A stretch of DNA of 36,173 nucleotides from Batkoa obscura (GCA_030770535.1 JASVEC010000176.1:1-36173); one strand, 5' to 3'; shown: positions 12,287 to 25,227, counted from the first letter of the stretch. The notes: generated from the sequence alone by a model not told the origin. Numbers and translations are program-made.

Positions 12287-12750
12287 TGCGAAATGTCACT
12301 TTGTCAGATCTATGATTGATTGTAACATAACATCACTTAAGTTGTTGTGTTCTTGAGTTTAGACACAATCAATTCCGAGTCTTTTATTTTGATTTACTGC
12401 GAGAATTTCTGCCATGTGGTTCTAAAGGAACTTATCTTCTGTTTTGACTATTCATACTTGTTAGTGTATAAAGTAAATTTTAGAACATAGTAGCTCGAGA
12501 TTTTTTAACTAAATTACTCTCTGATGTTGTATTTTCAATAAAGCTACTAAATCTTTCTGGTAATATTTTACACAGATTTTGCAGTAGTATTGTTTATTTT
12601 ATTTGTCTTACATAATCCGTAACCTATTACATGTTATTCTTCATAATTCAAGTCTATTTTAGTCACATAAACTAAGACCTTTCGACTTATAGTGTAGTCA
12701 ACCCTGCAATAGCTGTTCTTGATTCTAAACCCTGAGTACCAGATTTCACA
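12287..12750 (+). mobile_element. Solo-LTR-like element, copy 1 (464 bp)
   Basis: Termini TGCGAAAT...ATTTCACA (TG...CA with a short inverted repeat), TATAAA at 12467 and AATAAA at 12537. It is the reverse complement of 14174-14637 with 4 mismatches by eye. Flanks TAAC and ATAG do not form a TSD. Confidence 0.75.
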
Positions 12751-13222
12751 ATAGGAATATTTATTTGTTTATATACAATAACTTTGATTAATACCAATAT
12801 CAATATCAATATATAAGTTATACTAGCAAAAGCCTCGCTAATCTGGGAATTTTCATCAAATTTAGTAGAAATTCTACTAACTCATGATATAAACTATAAT
12901 AAAATAATTTAAAGCTACATTAAATACTTTTAGTTTTTAATAAAAAATTTGTTTTTATAGAATCTTAAGCAAAATATTTAAAAATTAGATAAAAAAATAA
13001 AACCAATTGGGTCATTTTCATATATTAATAAAACAACAGCTGAGGTTTTTTTATTTACTTGTACTATTATTGAAGATTAAAATTGGTTATTTTAATAACT
13101 ATAACTTTTGAAATGTAGTTTATAATTACTCTTATCACTTTGTGCTATTTATCGTTATTTTTATATTATATTACTATTTTTTAAATTATTAAATAGAGTT
13201 ATTCTTATTTTTAATATTTATA

Positions 13223-13327
13223 TATACAGATGTGTTTTTTTGTTTAAGGATTTTACTAACAAATTTTCTACTTAAATAGTGCTTAAAAAATGGAAAAAAT
13301 AATGAAGTTAAAAAAAACACTCACATA
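13223..13327 (+). mobile_element. ~103-bp MITE copy
   Basis: gatgtgttttt...ttttactaacaaattttctacttaaatagtgcttaaaaaatggaaaaa...aaaaacactcacata. Confidence 0.8.
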
Positions 13328-13585
13328 TCTTATTTTTTAATATAATCAAAACTTTATCTTTTAAATCTATATATTAATTTTAAATTTTAAATATAAATAC
13401 GGAAACTAGATTAGTTTTATAAAAATATTATTAACGCAAGTTCAAAATTTAAATAACATAATTCTTATATAAAAAAGTTTAATATGGTTATATTATTATT
13501 ATTTGTTATTATTTATTATTAAGCTAGCTTATTTATTTTGTTTTTATTTTTTATCTTTATTTTTAAATAACCAAAAACATCACTA

Positions 13586-13689
13586 TATGGGGATGTATTT
13601 TTGTATTTAAGAATTTTACTGACAATTTTTCCACATAAATAGCGCTTAAAAAATGGAAAAATAATGAAACTAAAAAAAACAGCCCCATA
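13586..13689 (+). mobile_element. ~103-bp MITE copy (close to consensus)
   Basis: TA-tggggatgtattttt ... aaaaacagcccca-TA; imperfect TIR of about 15 bp. Confidence 0.87.
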
Positions 13690-14173
13690 TAGTTCAATTT
13701 GCTAAAGTTATTTATAAATTATCTTCTAGATATTATTTGCTTACATATAAGCTTCGATTTGCTTTTTTTTAAAAACAATTATTTATAACCTAAATTTTTT
13801 AATTTAAACTAAATAAAATAATATAAACAAAAAATTTAATTTATAACAATAAAATCAAAAGTTAATTTAAGTATTATTTTATATTTGTTTTTTATTAAAG
13901 CCATTATTGTTATCCTTATTTAAAGATACTAAAATATATAGTAAATTTTTAACAATATTATATAAAAAAATAAATATATTCAATTGAAAGTTACTTTATT
14001 AATATCTTAATATAATATTTAATTATTAAATAAGCTTAAAATCAATTTTTTTTGTTATATTAGTATAAAATTTTAACATAAAAAAATCAAAAAACTTACA
14101 AAATAATCAAAAAGATTTAAATGCAAATTATATATATATAACTATAAAAAAAGTTAAAGAAACTATAAAGTTA

Positions 14174-14637
14174 TGCGAAATTTGGTACTCAGGGTTTAGA
14201 ATCAAGAACAGCTATTGCAGGGTTGACTACACTATAAGTCGAAAGGTCTTAGTTTATGTGACTAAGATAGACTTGAATTATGAAGAATAACATGTAATAG
14301 GTTACGGACTATGTAAGACAAATAAAATAAACAATACTACTGCAAAATCTGTGTAAAATATTACCAGAAAGATTTAGTAGCTTTATTGAAAATACAACAT
14401 CAGAGAGTAATTTAGTTAAAAAATCTCGAGCTACTATGTTCTAAAATTTACTTTATACACTAACAAGTATGAATAGTCAAAACAGAAGATAAGTTCCTTT
14501 AGAACCACATGGCAGAAATTCTCGCAGTAAATCAAAATAAAAGACTCGGAATTGATTGTGTCTAAACTCAAGAACACAACAACTTAAGTGATGTTATGTT
14601 ACAATCAATCATAGATCTGACAAAGTGACATTTCGCA
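14174..14637 (-). mobile_element. Solo-LTR-like element, copy 2 (464 bp), 4-bp TSD GTTA
   Basis: Perfect 8-bp terminal IR TGCGAAAT/ATTTCGCA, flanked by GTTA at 14170-14173 and 14638-14641. No ORF. Confidence 0.8.
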
Positions 14638-14708
14638 GTTATAAAAAACGTTATAAAAAAAGCTAATTAAAAAGCAAAAAACATATATAAATTATATTTA
14701 TTTTTATA

Positions 14709-14807
14709 TATGGGGCTATTTTTTTAGTTTCATTATTTTTCCATTTTTTAAGCGCTATTTGAGCGGAAAGATTGTAGTAAAATTCTTTAAAAAAATACAC
14801 CCCCATA
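14709..14807 (-). mobile_element. ~103-bp MITE copy
   Basis: TA-tggggctattttttt...aaaaatacaccccca-TA. Confidence 0.85.
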
Positions 14808-15175
14808 TACATGTTTTTTAAAATAATTTTTTGGCTTGTTTTTTTTAGATATTCCAATTAAAATATAACTTAACTTTTCTAATTTTTTCAATATTTAAAA
14901 ATACAAGCTTATTGTATAAAACTTAATCTATAGTATAAAACAAATAGTTTGAATTATTTATAAAAGTGACTGTATTTTTATAATCAAATTAATAACAATT
15001 TATATAATTGATTTAATTTAAATGATTGGATTATTAAAACTAAGTATATAAATTTGTATATAATTAATTTATTATTTTTATTACTTAAATTCGTTACAAA
15101 AAATTTTATTGTCATATTTTAAAAACTATATTTAATAATTATAATATCTTATTATAACAAATAATGTTTTGTATA

Positions 15176-15280
15176 TATGGGGGTGTTTTTTTTGGTCTCA
15201 CTACTTTTTCCATTTTTTAAGCACTATTTGACAGGGAAATTTGTTAGTAAAATTCTTAAACACAAAAACACATCCTCGTA
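15176..15280 (-). mobile_element. ~103-bp MITE copy
   Basis: TA-tgggggtgtttttt...ttgttagtaaaattcttaaacacaaaaacacatcctcg-TA. Confidence 0.83.
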
Positions 15281-15542
15281 TTGTACTTCAATACAAAATA
15301 TAACAAAACATTTTGTCATAATTTTTTTTGAATTTTATTTTATTTGTTTTACTAGAACCTATTAGTTTTTTGATTGTTTTTATCTTTTTATTAATTCTTC
15401 ATAAAACTTGCTATTTATTGTATATTATTTTTTTATTTCATAAATTTATTTTAACAATTAAGACTAAAATTTCTTGATTTATAAACAATTAATTCAAAAA
15501 ACTATCACTTTTTTATTAAACATCAAACTTCATGTTATGTTT

Positions 15543-15593
15543 AATAGTATATATATAGTTTTAATAATAGTATATATATAGTTTTAATAATAG
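15543..15593. repeat. 23-bp tandem duplication
   Basis: aatagtatatatatagttttaat occurs twice, followed by a partial third unit. Confidence 0.8.
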
Positions 15594-15658
15594 CATTGAT
15601 TTAAAGACTAAAAAAGTAATTTTTTGTTTTAAAATATTCTTTAAACTTGTAAGTAATA

Positions 15659-15764
15659 TATGGGAATGCATTTTTTCGTTTAAGAATTTTACTAACAATC
15701 TTTCTGCTCAGATAGCACTTAAAAAAAAAGGGAAAAGTGATGAAATCAAAAAAGCATCCCCATA
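15659..15764 (+). mobile_element. ~103-bp MITE copy
   Basis: TA-tgggaatgcattttt...tactaac...aaaagcatcccca-TA. Confidence 0.83.
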
Positions 15765-16540
15765 TTTAAAGCTAGAAATTTAAATAATTAGTAATATTTT
15801 ACTTGAATTAAATAAAGCAATTTTTCACTATTATTTTGATATTTTAATGATACTATTAAATTTATTTTTTGAAAATTTTAATAATCTTTGAATATCTTGT
15901 GTTTATAGTTGACTCACAAAAACTATTAATTTAATAATTTTGAAACTTTTCAATATATTACATCTTCATAGATTATGCTTGCAAAAGGTCAGCTTTCTAG
16001 CATTTTTCTAACTTTATTATTCTTCAAACTTTTTGACTTAACCTTGTATTATATACTTTATAAAGAAAAGATATATAAAGTATAAATTAATACAATCTCA
16101 TATTTATGAAACAAATTAACTAAAAGTAACTATCCTTAACAAAAATTTTACTAATACTTTTTTTATAACTCCTTACAAAAAATGGTATTTTGTTAAAACA
16201 CGCCCCTTGAAGTCTTTCTATATCTCGGATATGGGGTACCTGTATTAGTTTGAAACTTTATATGTGTCCTATTTGAAAAATATACAATAGATTCATGTAA
16301 AGAGTTTCCATTCAAATTCCCCCTAACTCCTTCACTCCATGAACTTTTTGAGTTCTTCTGATAATATAATGATAGATTTTTATAACTTTTATAAAAGCAA
16401 TATACATCACCTCAATTTTTCTAGTCAAATCCTTCTAAGCTACGTAATAGCTTGAATTCAAAAAACTAAACTATATTTCAAAAAAAATTCAATTATTCTA
16501 GTCTTTAATTTTTATCCTTATTTCCAACTTTTATCAAAAA

Positions 16541-19500
16541 ATGGTGGAAACAATTGAAGAACGATTAAAATTATCTCCAATTAATATTGAAGATATTGAG
16601 GAAGAAAACGATATTGAAATCTATACCAGCACTGATTATACAAAAAAATATGCCAATAGTGAACAATCTATAGTATTCGATTTAGGTTCTCAAAATTGTC
16701 GAGTTGGATGGAGTGGGGAAGAAAAACCACGATGTAAGTTTAAGCAGTGAATTTAGAAAAATATAAAACTGGATCTATATCTTTGAATACTAATAATAAC
16801 AATAAATAAAATAGATAACTTTGATTCCTTGGTATCGAAATATAAGGAACGTGCCAACAAAGGTGGTATTGCAGGAAAAAGTCAATTAAATGTAGGAAAT
16901 ACAGTCCATAGTACACTATTATCAAAAGCCAATATAAGATCTCCATTTGACTTAGATATTATTAATTCAATTGAGCATGTGGTAAATGAGTCAATACTAA
17001 AATATAAGGTCAATATTTTGTTAATGCTCTTTGAAAATTATTTAGGAATCAATTATGGATTATTCGTTTCTTAACCTTGGTATTGATACTGAGTCTATTA
17101 ATCATAATATTGTATTTACAGAACCTGCTGGAAATTTAATTTATAGTAGAAATAGTGAGTTACTCTTTTTATTACTCTTTGATTTAATTAATATCAAACT
17201 CTTCCTCTCTTAGTGGTCACTGAATTAATCTTTGAATGCTATCAAGCGCCTTCATTAACATATGGAATTGATAGTCTATTTAGTTATTATCAAAATAATA
17301 ATAGTTCATTAAATAATGATGGATTGGTAATTTCATTAGGTCATCACTCGACAAATGTTATTCCTATTTATGATGGTAGAGCTAGGGTAGATCAAGCCAC
17401 CAAGTAAGTAATTTTGTTCTTCTAATTTTTAAGGTTAAGCTGATTTTTATTCTATAATTTAAGAATCTCTTATGGTGGTAACTCAGCTACAGATTATATG
17501 TTAAAAAGTATGCAATTAAAATACCCCACGTTTCCAGTAAAAATGAGTAATGGACAAGCTAGAGTAAAATTGACAATATTTAACACTATCTCCATTTTAA
17601 CAATTCAAATAGTATTTAATGGAAAATTGTACCTTTGTAGCTAGTGATTATTTAAAAACATTAAGTAAATTATCAGCTATTAATGATTTGGAATTTTTTA
17701 ACGCAGTGGATGTGACGGTACAATTTCCTTATACAGAACCAGTAAGTTTATTTTTATATAAATAGATAAAAATGAGTGAATATTTATTTATTATTATAAT
17801 AGACAGCGGAAGAAAAATCTCATGAAGAATTAGAACGTATAGCATTAAGGCGTAAAGAACAAAGTGAACGATTAAGGGAGCATATAGCTAAAAAGAAGAG
17901 GGAAAAAGTAAAAACCATATATAATAATCATTGTCATAACAAAATTTATACTATTCAATTACTCTTAGGTAATTCAACGAGAACAAGAATTAGAAAGTTT
18001 ATTAGAACTAAAAGCTAGTAAAAAAGTAACTACGAAATCTTCTTTTTTAAAATTATTGGAAGACTATGATTTAAACAATGAAAACGAATTGGAGATTGCT
18101 ATTAAAAATGCGGAAAAAGCATTACAAAGAGCTCAAGAAAAAGCAATGGGTATTGAAGTAGTGGAAGAAAAGGTAAGAAATAAAAGATTTTTATTTGTAA
18201 TAGGAACGATAAGAGAAAGAGGGGGAAAGTATGAAGGTTAATGATTTTTTGTAGGTTATACCAGAATTTACATTGGTTGATATACCCGATGATGAATTAA
18301 GTGAAGATAGTAAAAGAGAAAAGAAAAAACAAAGGTTATTAAAAGCAGGATTTGAAGCTAGAGAAAGGATGAGAAAAGCTAAACAAGAAGCTGAAGAACA
18401 AAAAGTAAGTTCAGTTTAGATTTACAGTAAGCTTTTTGTTAACTTAGTTTCTTTTATTAAAAATAGGCTGAATTAGCGCGTCAAGATGAAGAATATCGAT
18501 TAAAAGATTTTAAAGGTTGGTTAAGTAATTTAAGAATGAAACATGATGTAAATATTATTTAGTTAATTAGAGTGTTTATTTTAATATTAATCATTTGATA
18601 GGAATTAAATGATAAAATACAAAGTAAAAAGAAAATCAAAAATCAATTGAATGATCGTCGATCCCAAGCTAGTCAACAAAGAATGAAATCTATTGCTATG
18701 TTAGCTAGAGAAGATAAAAAAAACAATAGTAAAAGAAACAGAAATAAAAACGGGATAGATGGTAAGATAAATCATAGCATATATGATAATAGTATGATTC
18801 ACTTATAATAATTTTAGATGATGGTTTTGGTGCGGATGATAATGATTGGAATGTTTATAGGGAGATAGTAAATTTTAATAAGAAATAGGCAGTAGTTTTT
18901 AATTTTTAACTTTGAATATTAATAGAAAAATGATGAAGATAGTGAAGAAGAAGAAGATGCCAATTTACTTGCTGATTATGAAGCACAACTTTTAGAATTT
19001 GATCCTACGTTTCAAACAGAACTTGAAGCAAGAAATGAATCACATGGTTTTAATCCAAAAAATTCATTTTTACATCGATTTCAATTTGGTACTAAATTCA
19101 ATTCTTGGGAAGATATGGACGATATTAAATACCATCATCAATTGCATGTGAATATTGAAAGATTTAAAATTCCAGAAGTATTATTTCAACCTAGTATATT
19201 AGGTATTGATCAAGCAGGATTAGAGCAAACATTACAAGCTATGTTTCAAAGAGTAGGAAAAGAAAAACAACAAGGATTGATTAAGGTATATTTTATTATA
19301 GAAAATATTTTTATTTATTTAATTGAATTCTTTAATTTATTTTAGAATGTTTTATTAACTGGGGGATTTAGTAAACTATCTAATTTAAATGAAAGAATAG
19401 AATTATTATTAACAAAATTAAGTCCAAGTGGTAGTAAAATTAAAGTAAAATTAGCTGAAGATCCCTCTTTAGATGCTTGGAAAGGAGCAGCTAATTTTGT

Positions 19501-19609
19501 TAAAAATGGAGGACTAAAATTGACTAATAATTCTATACTTACAATTGAGCAATATAATGAAGTTGGACATGATTATTTGATTGATCATGGGTTAGGGAAT
19601 TGGGTTTAA
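16541..19609 (+). CDS. ARP5: Actin-related protein 5 (INO80 complex), multi-exon
   Basis: Actin-fold motifs IVFDLGSQNCRVGW, ELIFECYQAPSLTYGIDSLFS, a long charged insertion (EKKKQRLLKAGFEARERM, RRSQASQQRMKSIA, DGFGADDNDWNVYREI) and HQLHVNIERFKIPEVLFQPSILGIDQAGL are typical of Arp5. Confidence 0.93.
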
Positions 19610-19717
19610 AATAAAATAATTACAATAAAAAAGGAAGTTCTACAAAATATAATATACTTCTTTATTTTATTTAATTTTATTTAATTTTATTTTATAAAAA
19701 GAATAGTTTTATTTTTC

Positions 19718-22700
19718 TTAATTATTATTTAAAGTTAACCAAATTGGATCTAATTGAATAAAATCAATTAATTTTAAACAATGATAGCAAAAGTTGTCAT
19801 GCTAAAAAAAATTATAAATAAAATTAAAATTGTAACAATAAAGTATCTACCTCATTTATAAATTTTTGATTCAATTGAGATGTTACTTTTAATAAAACTT
19901 GTTTTGCCATATAAAATAAATTAGTTATAGATTTTAATAAATTGAGATTATAATTCTGGTATAATTTTGATTTATATGAGTTATAATCTAAATTAGATTG
20001 AAATTTTGGAAATAATGGATGTTGTTTGATTATCTAATAGAAATTAAAATAAATTATAATTCTGTGTTATAATAAAACCTACAAATAATGCCTTCTCCAA
20101 TTCTCCTTCGAAATAAGCCACAATAAACTCGAATAATTGTTGATTTTCTATTACTTGTTGTTTAACATCTATTGAAATTCGATTTTCGAAACAAGAATTA
20201 TTAATCAAAGGATCAATAAAATTACGCTTATTATAATATTCTAACTTTAATTTGTTTAAAGAAAACTCTGTTATAGTATTCATTTGATTGGATGATTTAT
20301 AAATCAAATCATTTAATTGATTTATATAAATAAGTAAATTACTTGTTATTGGCTATAAATAGAAAAATAAAAATAAAAATAAAAATATATTAATATAAAT
20401 ATATATAATATACTAAAATAATAAACTTACATTTACTTGATTATTTTCTAAAATTGAATGATTTAGACTCCATTGATTTACTTTAATATCCAATAAAGGT
20501 AATAGTCTAAATACATTCTCTTCATTTCTTAATTGAATTTCATTGCCAATTTTTAATATTAAATGATTAATATATTCCTCTTTAACGTTTTCAATATTAA
20601 AATAATTAAGATAATTTATCAATTGATTTTCCTAATAATAAAACATTAATTGTATTAACTTTTTTTATTTATAGTTACCTCATTAATATTATTCCAACTA
20701 CCAAAATAAATTTCTAATTCATTTTCCTTAATACTTAATGTTTTTTGCCATAATAATTGTTGAATGAATTTCTTTATCAATGAAGTATTAAATGATGCTA
20801 AAAATTTTAAATAAATTATTGGTAAATCAAAATCGTTGATATTAAAATTCAATATAATTGATTTTATAATTGTTATAAAATTTAAACCATTATCAATTTC
20901 ATTATCACTAGTCTCATTCTTATTTGATTCTAATTATTATTATTATTATTATTATATTAGTTATATATATATACTATTTAGATTATTTACCTTTTGACAA
21001 TTTATTATCTTTAGTCTCTGTATATTTAATTAATTCATAATTAAAACAACATAAAGCTAGATTTAAAGCATGAAGTTTGTAATTTGGATATGAAGCTAAA
21101 GAATAAATAACCTAGAATAAAAAGATCAGTTGTTTTTTCTTTACAAATAGAAAATTCAATTCACTTACTTCTGAAAATTGATAAGACAACATATAAGCTT
21201 TGATTAATCCAAGTGGATTTGTATTTTGATAGCATTGAATTAAATCAATACTTTGAATTAATTTGAAGGCTTCATAAGGTTCCCATAAACTTTTTATACC
21301 CTGTGTATCATTGTTTTTACACATCATAAACTATAAAATCATTTAAGGTTAATGATATTCTACTTTACTTTTAGGATATTATATTAAATTACTTGGAACC
21401 ATAATAATTCTTCAAATGTATTTAATATACTACTATTAACTCTTTTAGGGTCAATACACCCCATTATACGTAAGATCATTAGTTTATACTTATTTACTCC
21501 TTTAATATCTTTTCTTATTGTTTCATTATAATATTTTATAAATTTATCACGTTGTTGAATTGATATTCTAAAATTGATATTAATTATTTAATTATCATCA
21601 TTGCTATATCCTCACCTAAAGTTTTTTTCTTTCAAAAATGCTTCCAATGTCTTAACAATCTCCATATCAAATGCATCCAAGCTATTGGTATTTTTCTTAA
21701 TATATTCCAAACTCTGCTTATAACATCCACTTCTTAAAAGATAATAAACTACAGTCCAAATAAAATATGGGTTATTATACTTAAAAAACAAAGTTAGCTT
21801 TAATAAATATTCTTATAATATCTTACTTCATTTTTAGTATAAAATGAATGATTAAATTTCAATTTCACATATTTTTTAATGATATCGATTTCTTCATTAT
21901 CTTCTATAATATTATCTAATTTTATGTTTTTTTTTAAAGTGTTTAAAAACCTAATTCAAAGAATTAAATATAATTTAAAAAATAACTTTTAAAGATAATT
22001 ACTCTTGTTCCAAATATTTCCTTACGCTTAAAAAATAAGTACAAATAACAGTATCTTTTTTGTCAGTGACATCAAAATTAAGCTTAGGTTGATATCTCGG
22101 ATTTATTTCTTGTTGCAGTTTCATATAATTATTAATTAATACACTAAATAGCTTCCATACACTTTGAATATTATTATCCTATATTAAAGATTGATGTTAA
22201 TATTAATACTTTATTTCAATTTGTTATATTATTAATTCTTTACCTCATTAAAATTCAACTCTACTATATTAATAAATTCCTTTATTAAGTTGGGTTGATG
22301 TTTGAATTGTTGATTACTATCATACATATTATTGACTACATTACGATAAATAAAAAATTCTTTAGGAATATACATATCCGGTCTATTTTCCTTAGCATCA
22401 AACCCATTATAATTAGATTGATATAAATCATTATCCTTTTTCTAATTAAAATAGAATATTAAAAATGACCATTGTTATTTTATATTTATTATAAGTAACC
22501 TACTTGATTTAAATAATATTGATTAATTCTATTTAAATATGGAGCTATGATGTTGTTGATGGTTTTATTTTTAATTGGCAATGTATTACTATTCATTTCA
22601 AAATTAAACAACAACTTATCTATACTATTGGTATTTGTATTCATTTCTTTTAATGCTAATTTATTACTCATTTTAATATTCTCTTTGTTCTCTTTAATAG

Positions 22701-23792
22701 CTACTTCTTCCACATTATTGTTAGTATTATTAATACTATTATGCTAAGTGAATAATTAATACATTACTGAATATACATACAATAAAATTCAACTCACCTC
22801 CTTTGCTATTAAATCATTTAGTTTTTCACTCAAATTCAATAATTGATGTTTTGGTATTTCGTTCTTAACTTTATCATCTATTGGTTTTACATAATATTGA
22901 TCATAAAATGTTTTTCTTTCAGTTTTATTTTCTTTAATAAATTTAAACTTCTTTAATCCTTTTGTTATTGGATTTTGTTGATATTCACTTTCATTTATCT
23001 TTGGTTTTTTAAGTAACAAAGAATAAATATCAATACCTGATTTAGAGATCTCTTTAAATCTAACGAAATCAAATTAATAATATTAGAAATTTTCAAAAAT
23101 GAATATCTTTTTTACCCTTTAGTATCCATTAATTTTTTAATGTTTTCCAATTCAGGGTCTTTACTCCTTTCAAGCTCTTCTCTTAAAACATGATCATTTT
23201 TAACTGCATCGATAATATAATTCTTCAACAATTCTTCTTTATTCCTTTCTTTATCTAACCTATCCGCCACTTCTTCCCATATCTCTTTTTTCTTTTTAAT
23301 TTTATTCTCTTCTTTGTCATGACCGAAGCTTTCACTAATTTCTAATTTAGAATATGCTTTTAACTCACTTTCCAATCTTTGTTTCATTATGAGCTTTTCT
23401 TCTTCGGTTAAATCTAAATAAAAAAAGGTATCATCTTTTCTTTTTACCCCTTCAGTAGCCATTTTTTTTCTCTTATCTTCACCCTTCCCTCCTAAATTCT
23501 TTCCAACACTGTTGTTGTCCTCCATAAACCCATTTATACCATTTTCACCCTCTCTTTCATTTACTGGTAAATATTCTAAAGTTTGATTCACTAATTCAAG
23601 AAATTTCTTTCTTTCTTCAAAAGTAAACTCAATGACTGGTTTGTTATAAATGAATTTTTTGGGATCTGTAAAATAGGTCTCATTAATACTACCAGTCGGT
23701 GTAAATAATTCATTGATTAGGTTGAATTCGTGCTGGCGAATGTAATTTATAAGGCGAGCATCAACCTCCTCGATATTGGTTAAATTTCTCAT
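19718..23792 (-). CDS. Highly divergent Nic96/Nup93-like nucleoporin with a long charged N-terminal region (multi-exon)
   Basis: Spliced exons give, in the family order, SVRKYLEQEF, FIWTVVYYLLRSGCYKQSLEYI, KYKLMILRIMGCID, TFEELLWFQF, NPLGLIKAYMLSYQFSE and YKLHALNLAL. These correspond to Nic96 motifs A..YLE.QF, PIWA.IFYLLR.G...EA, DPYK.A.YKIIG.CD, T.EDWLW.QL, P..YF..LLL.GQFE and DAVH.AI. Stop is at 19718-19720. Whether the first exons belong to the same gene is inferred from phase-compatible GT-AG junctions. Confidence 0.7.
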
Positions 23793-24613
23793 CTTTTATT
23801 TTCAATTTAAAAAAACAATGACTATAAATGATGCCCCAATCCTTTTTTAAAAATCCTAATTTTTGGAATTCATAATAGATGTTGGTTTAAAAGGGATTTT
23901 ATTGGCTGAGGTTTTTTTTATAAAATTGATAGAACCAAGTGCTAAATAATAATTACATTTAACCTTTTTACTTTATACAGGTGTACTTTTTTCCCAATTC
24001 ATATCTCACCTTGGTTGTCTCTATTCTTATGCTTATAAGTGCAAAGTAATAAGGTTCCTTTCAATGTTTAAAATTAGATCACCAGAAGTTGAACTTCAGC
24101 TCTGCTACTTGGTTTTATGTTCCGACATATAGGAATGTTTTTTGTTTACTAAGCCCTTTTTGCTACTATTTTAAAATCTAGAAAATCGACTTTAATGTAG
24201 CTGTTTAAGTTTGAATGTGTGTTGGCAGTAGTGAGTTTTATAACCAGTTGTTTTTCATACTATACTAGTTTAAGGCTTATTGATTTGGGCTTTATTTCAA
24301 AATGAACGGTTAGCTAGTACACAGTCAAGCTTGAATAGAGCATAATTATTAATTTCTAAATTTAAGTAATAGATAATTGATAAAAAATGTCCTTATATTT
24401 TTTATAAAAAGCAACCGTTATTGGTTGCAGCATTAGATAACTTTGTCCGTTATAATGGTAGATTCTAGATTTTTTAGGTATTTTAGTTATTTACTTTTAC
24501 CTTAGTCCATTAGCTATAAAAGCGTAAAAATTCTCTTAGTTTCTTTTAACTATACTCACTTTTACACTAGTTCAATTTTTAAATACTTACACTACCACAA
24601 ATATCAGCCATAT

Positions 24614-24717
24614 TATGAGGATATGTTTTTGTGTTTAAGAATTTTACTAACAATCTTTCCACTCAAATAGTGCTTAAAAAATAAAAAAAGTAACGAAATT
24701 AAAGAAACATCTTCATA
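24614..24717 (+). mobile_element. ~103-bp MITE copy
   Basis: TA-tgaggatatgtttttgtgtttaagaattttactaac...aaacatcttca-TA. Confidence 0.8.
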
Positions 24718-24848
24718 CACTATCATTTATAAATAATTTACAAATTTTTCTAAAGTTAGTATTATTAAAAAAAGGGATATAGTAAAATAATAAAAAGTAA
24801 ATAACAATACTTTAAGGAATTAACTTAAAAAATAAGCTATTTTACTAT

Positions 24849-24908
24849 TTATTATTTATTATTTATTATTTATTATTTATTATTTATTATTTATTATTTA
24901 TTATTTAT
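24849..24908. repeat. (TTATTAT)n heptanucleotide tandem repeat
   Basis: About 8 units of attattt lying between two MITE copies. Confidence 0.85.
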
Positions 24909-24926
24909 CTATTATCTTTGCTAATA

Positions 24927-25029
24927 AATGGGGATATTTTTTCGTGTTTAAGAATTCTACTAACAAATTTTCCGCACAAATAGCGCCTAAAGAGTGAAAA
25001 AAGTGATGAAGCCAAAAAAACACCCTCAA
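24927..25029 (+). mobile_element. ~103-bp MITE copy
   Basis: atggggatattttttcgtgtttaagaattctactaac...aaaaaacaccctca. Confidence 0.8.
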
Positions 25030-25227
25030 ATATTATTTAGCAAATTAATATATAAAATTAAAATTATTAAAAGACTGGGGGTTATTGCTTTTTTTAAACA
25101 CAAAAATACACTCGATTTTAATAAAAATTGATTTTTCAAAAGCTTTTTCAACTATACTTTGTAAAACTTTTATAATATAAAACATACGACTAGGCCTTAA
25201 AAAAAGTACTCGTTTTTCTAATCCTGG

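Noticed and set aside
12287..14637. Intact LTR retrotransposon or autonomous TIR transposon
   Set aside because: The two copies are inverted rather than direct, the spacer has no ORF, PBS or PPT, and no TSD flanks the composite.
11959..15764. Recurring repeat as a CRISPR array or REP-like system
   Set aside because: The context is eukaryotic, spacing is irregular, orientations are mixed, units have TIRs and TA flanks, and there are no cas genes.
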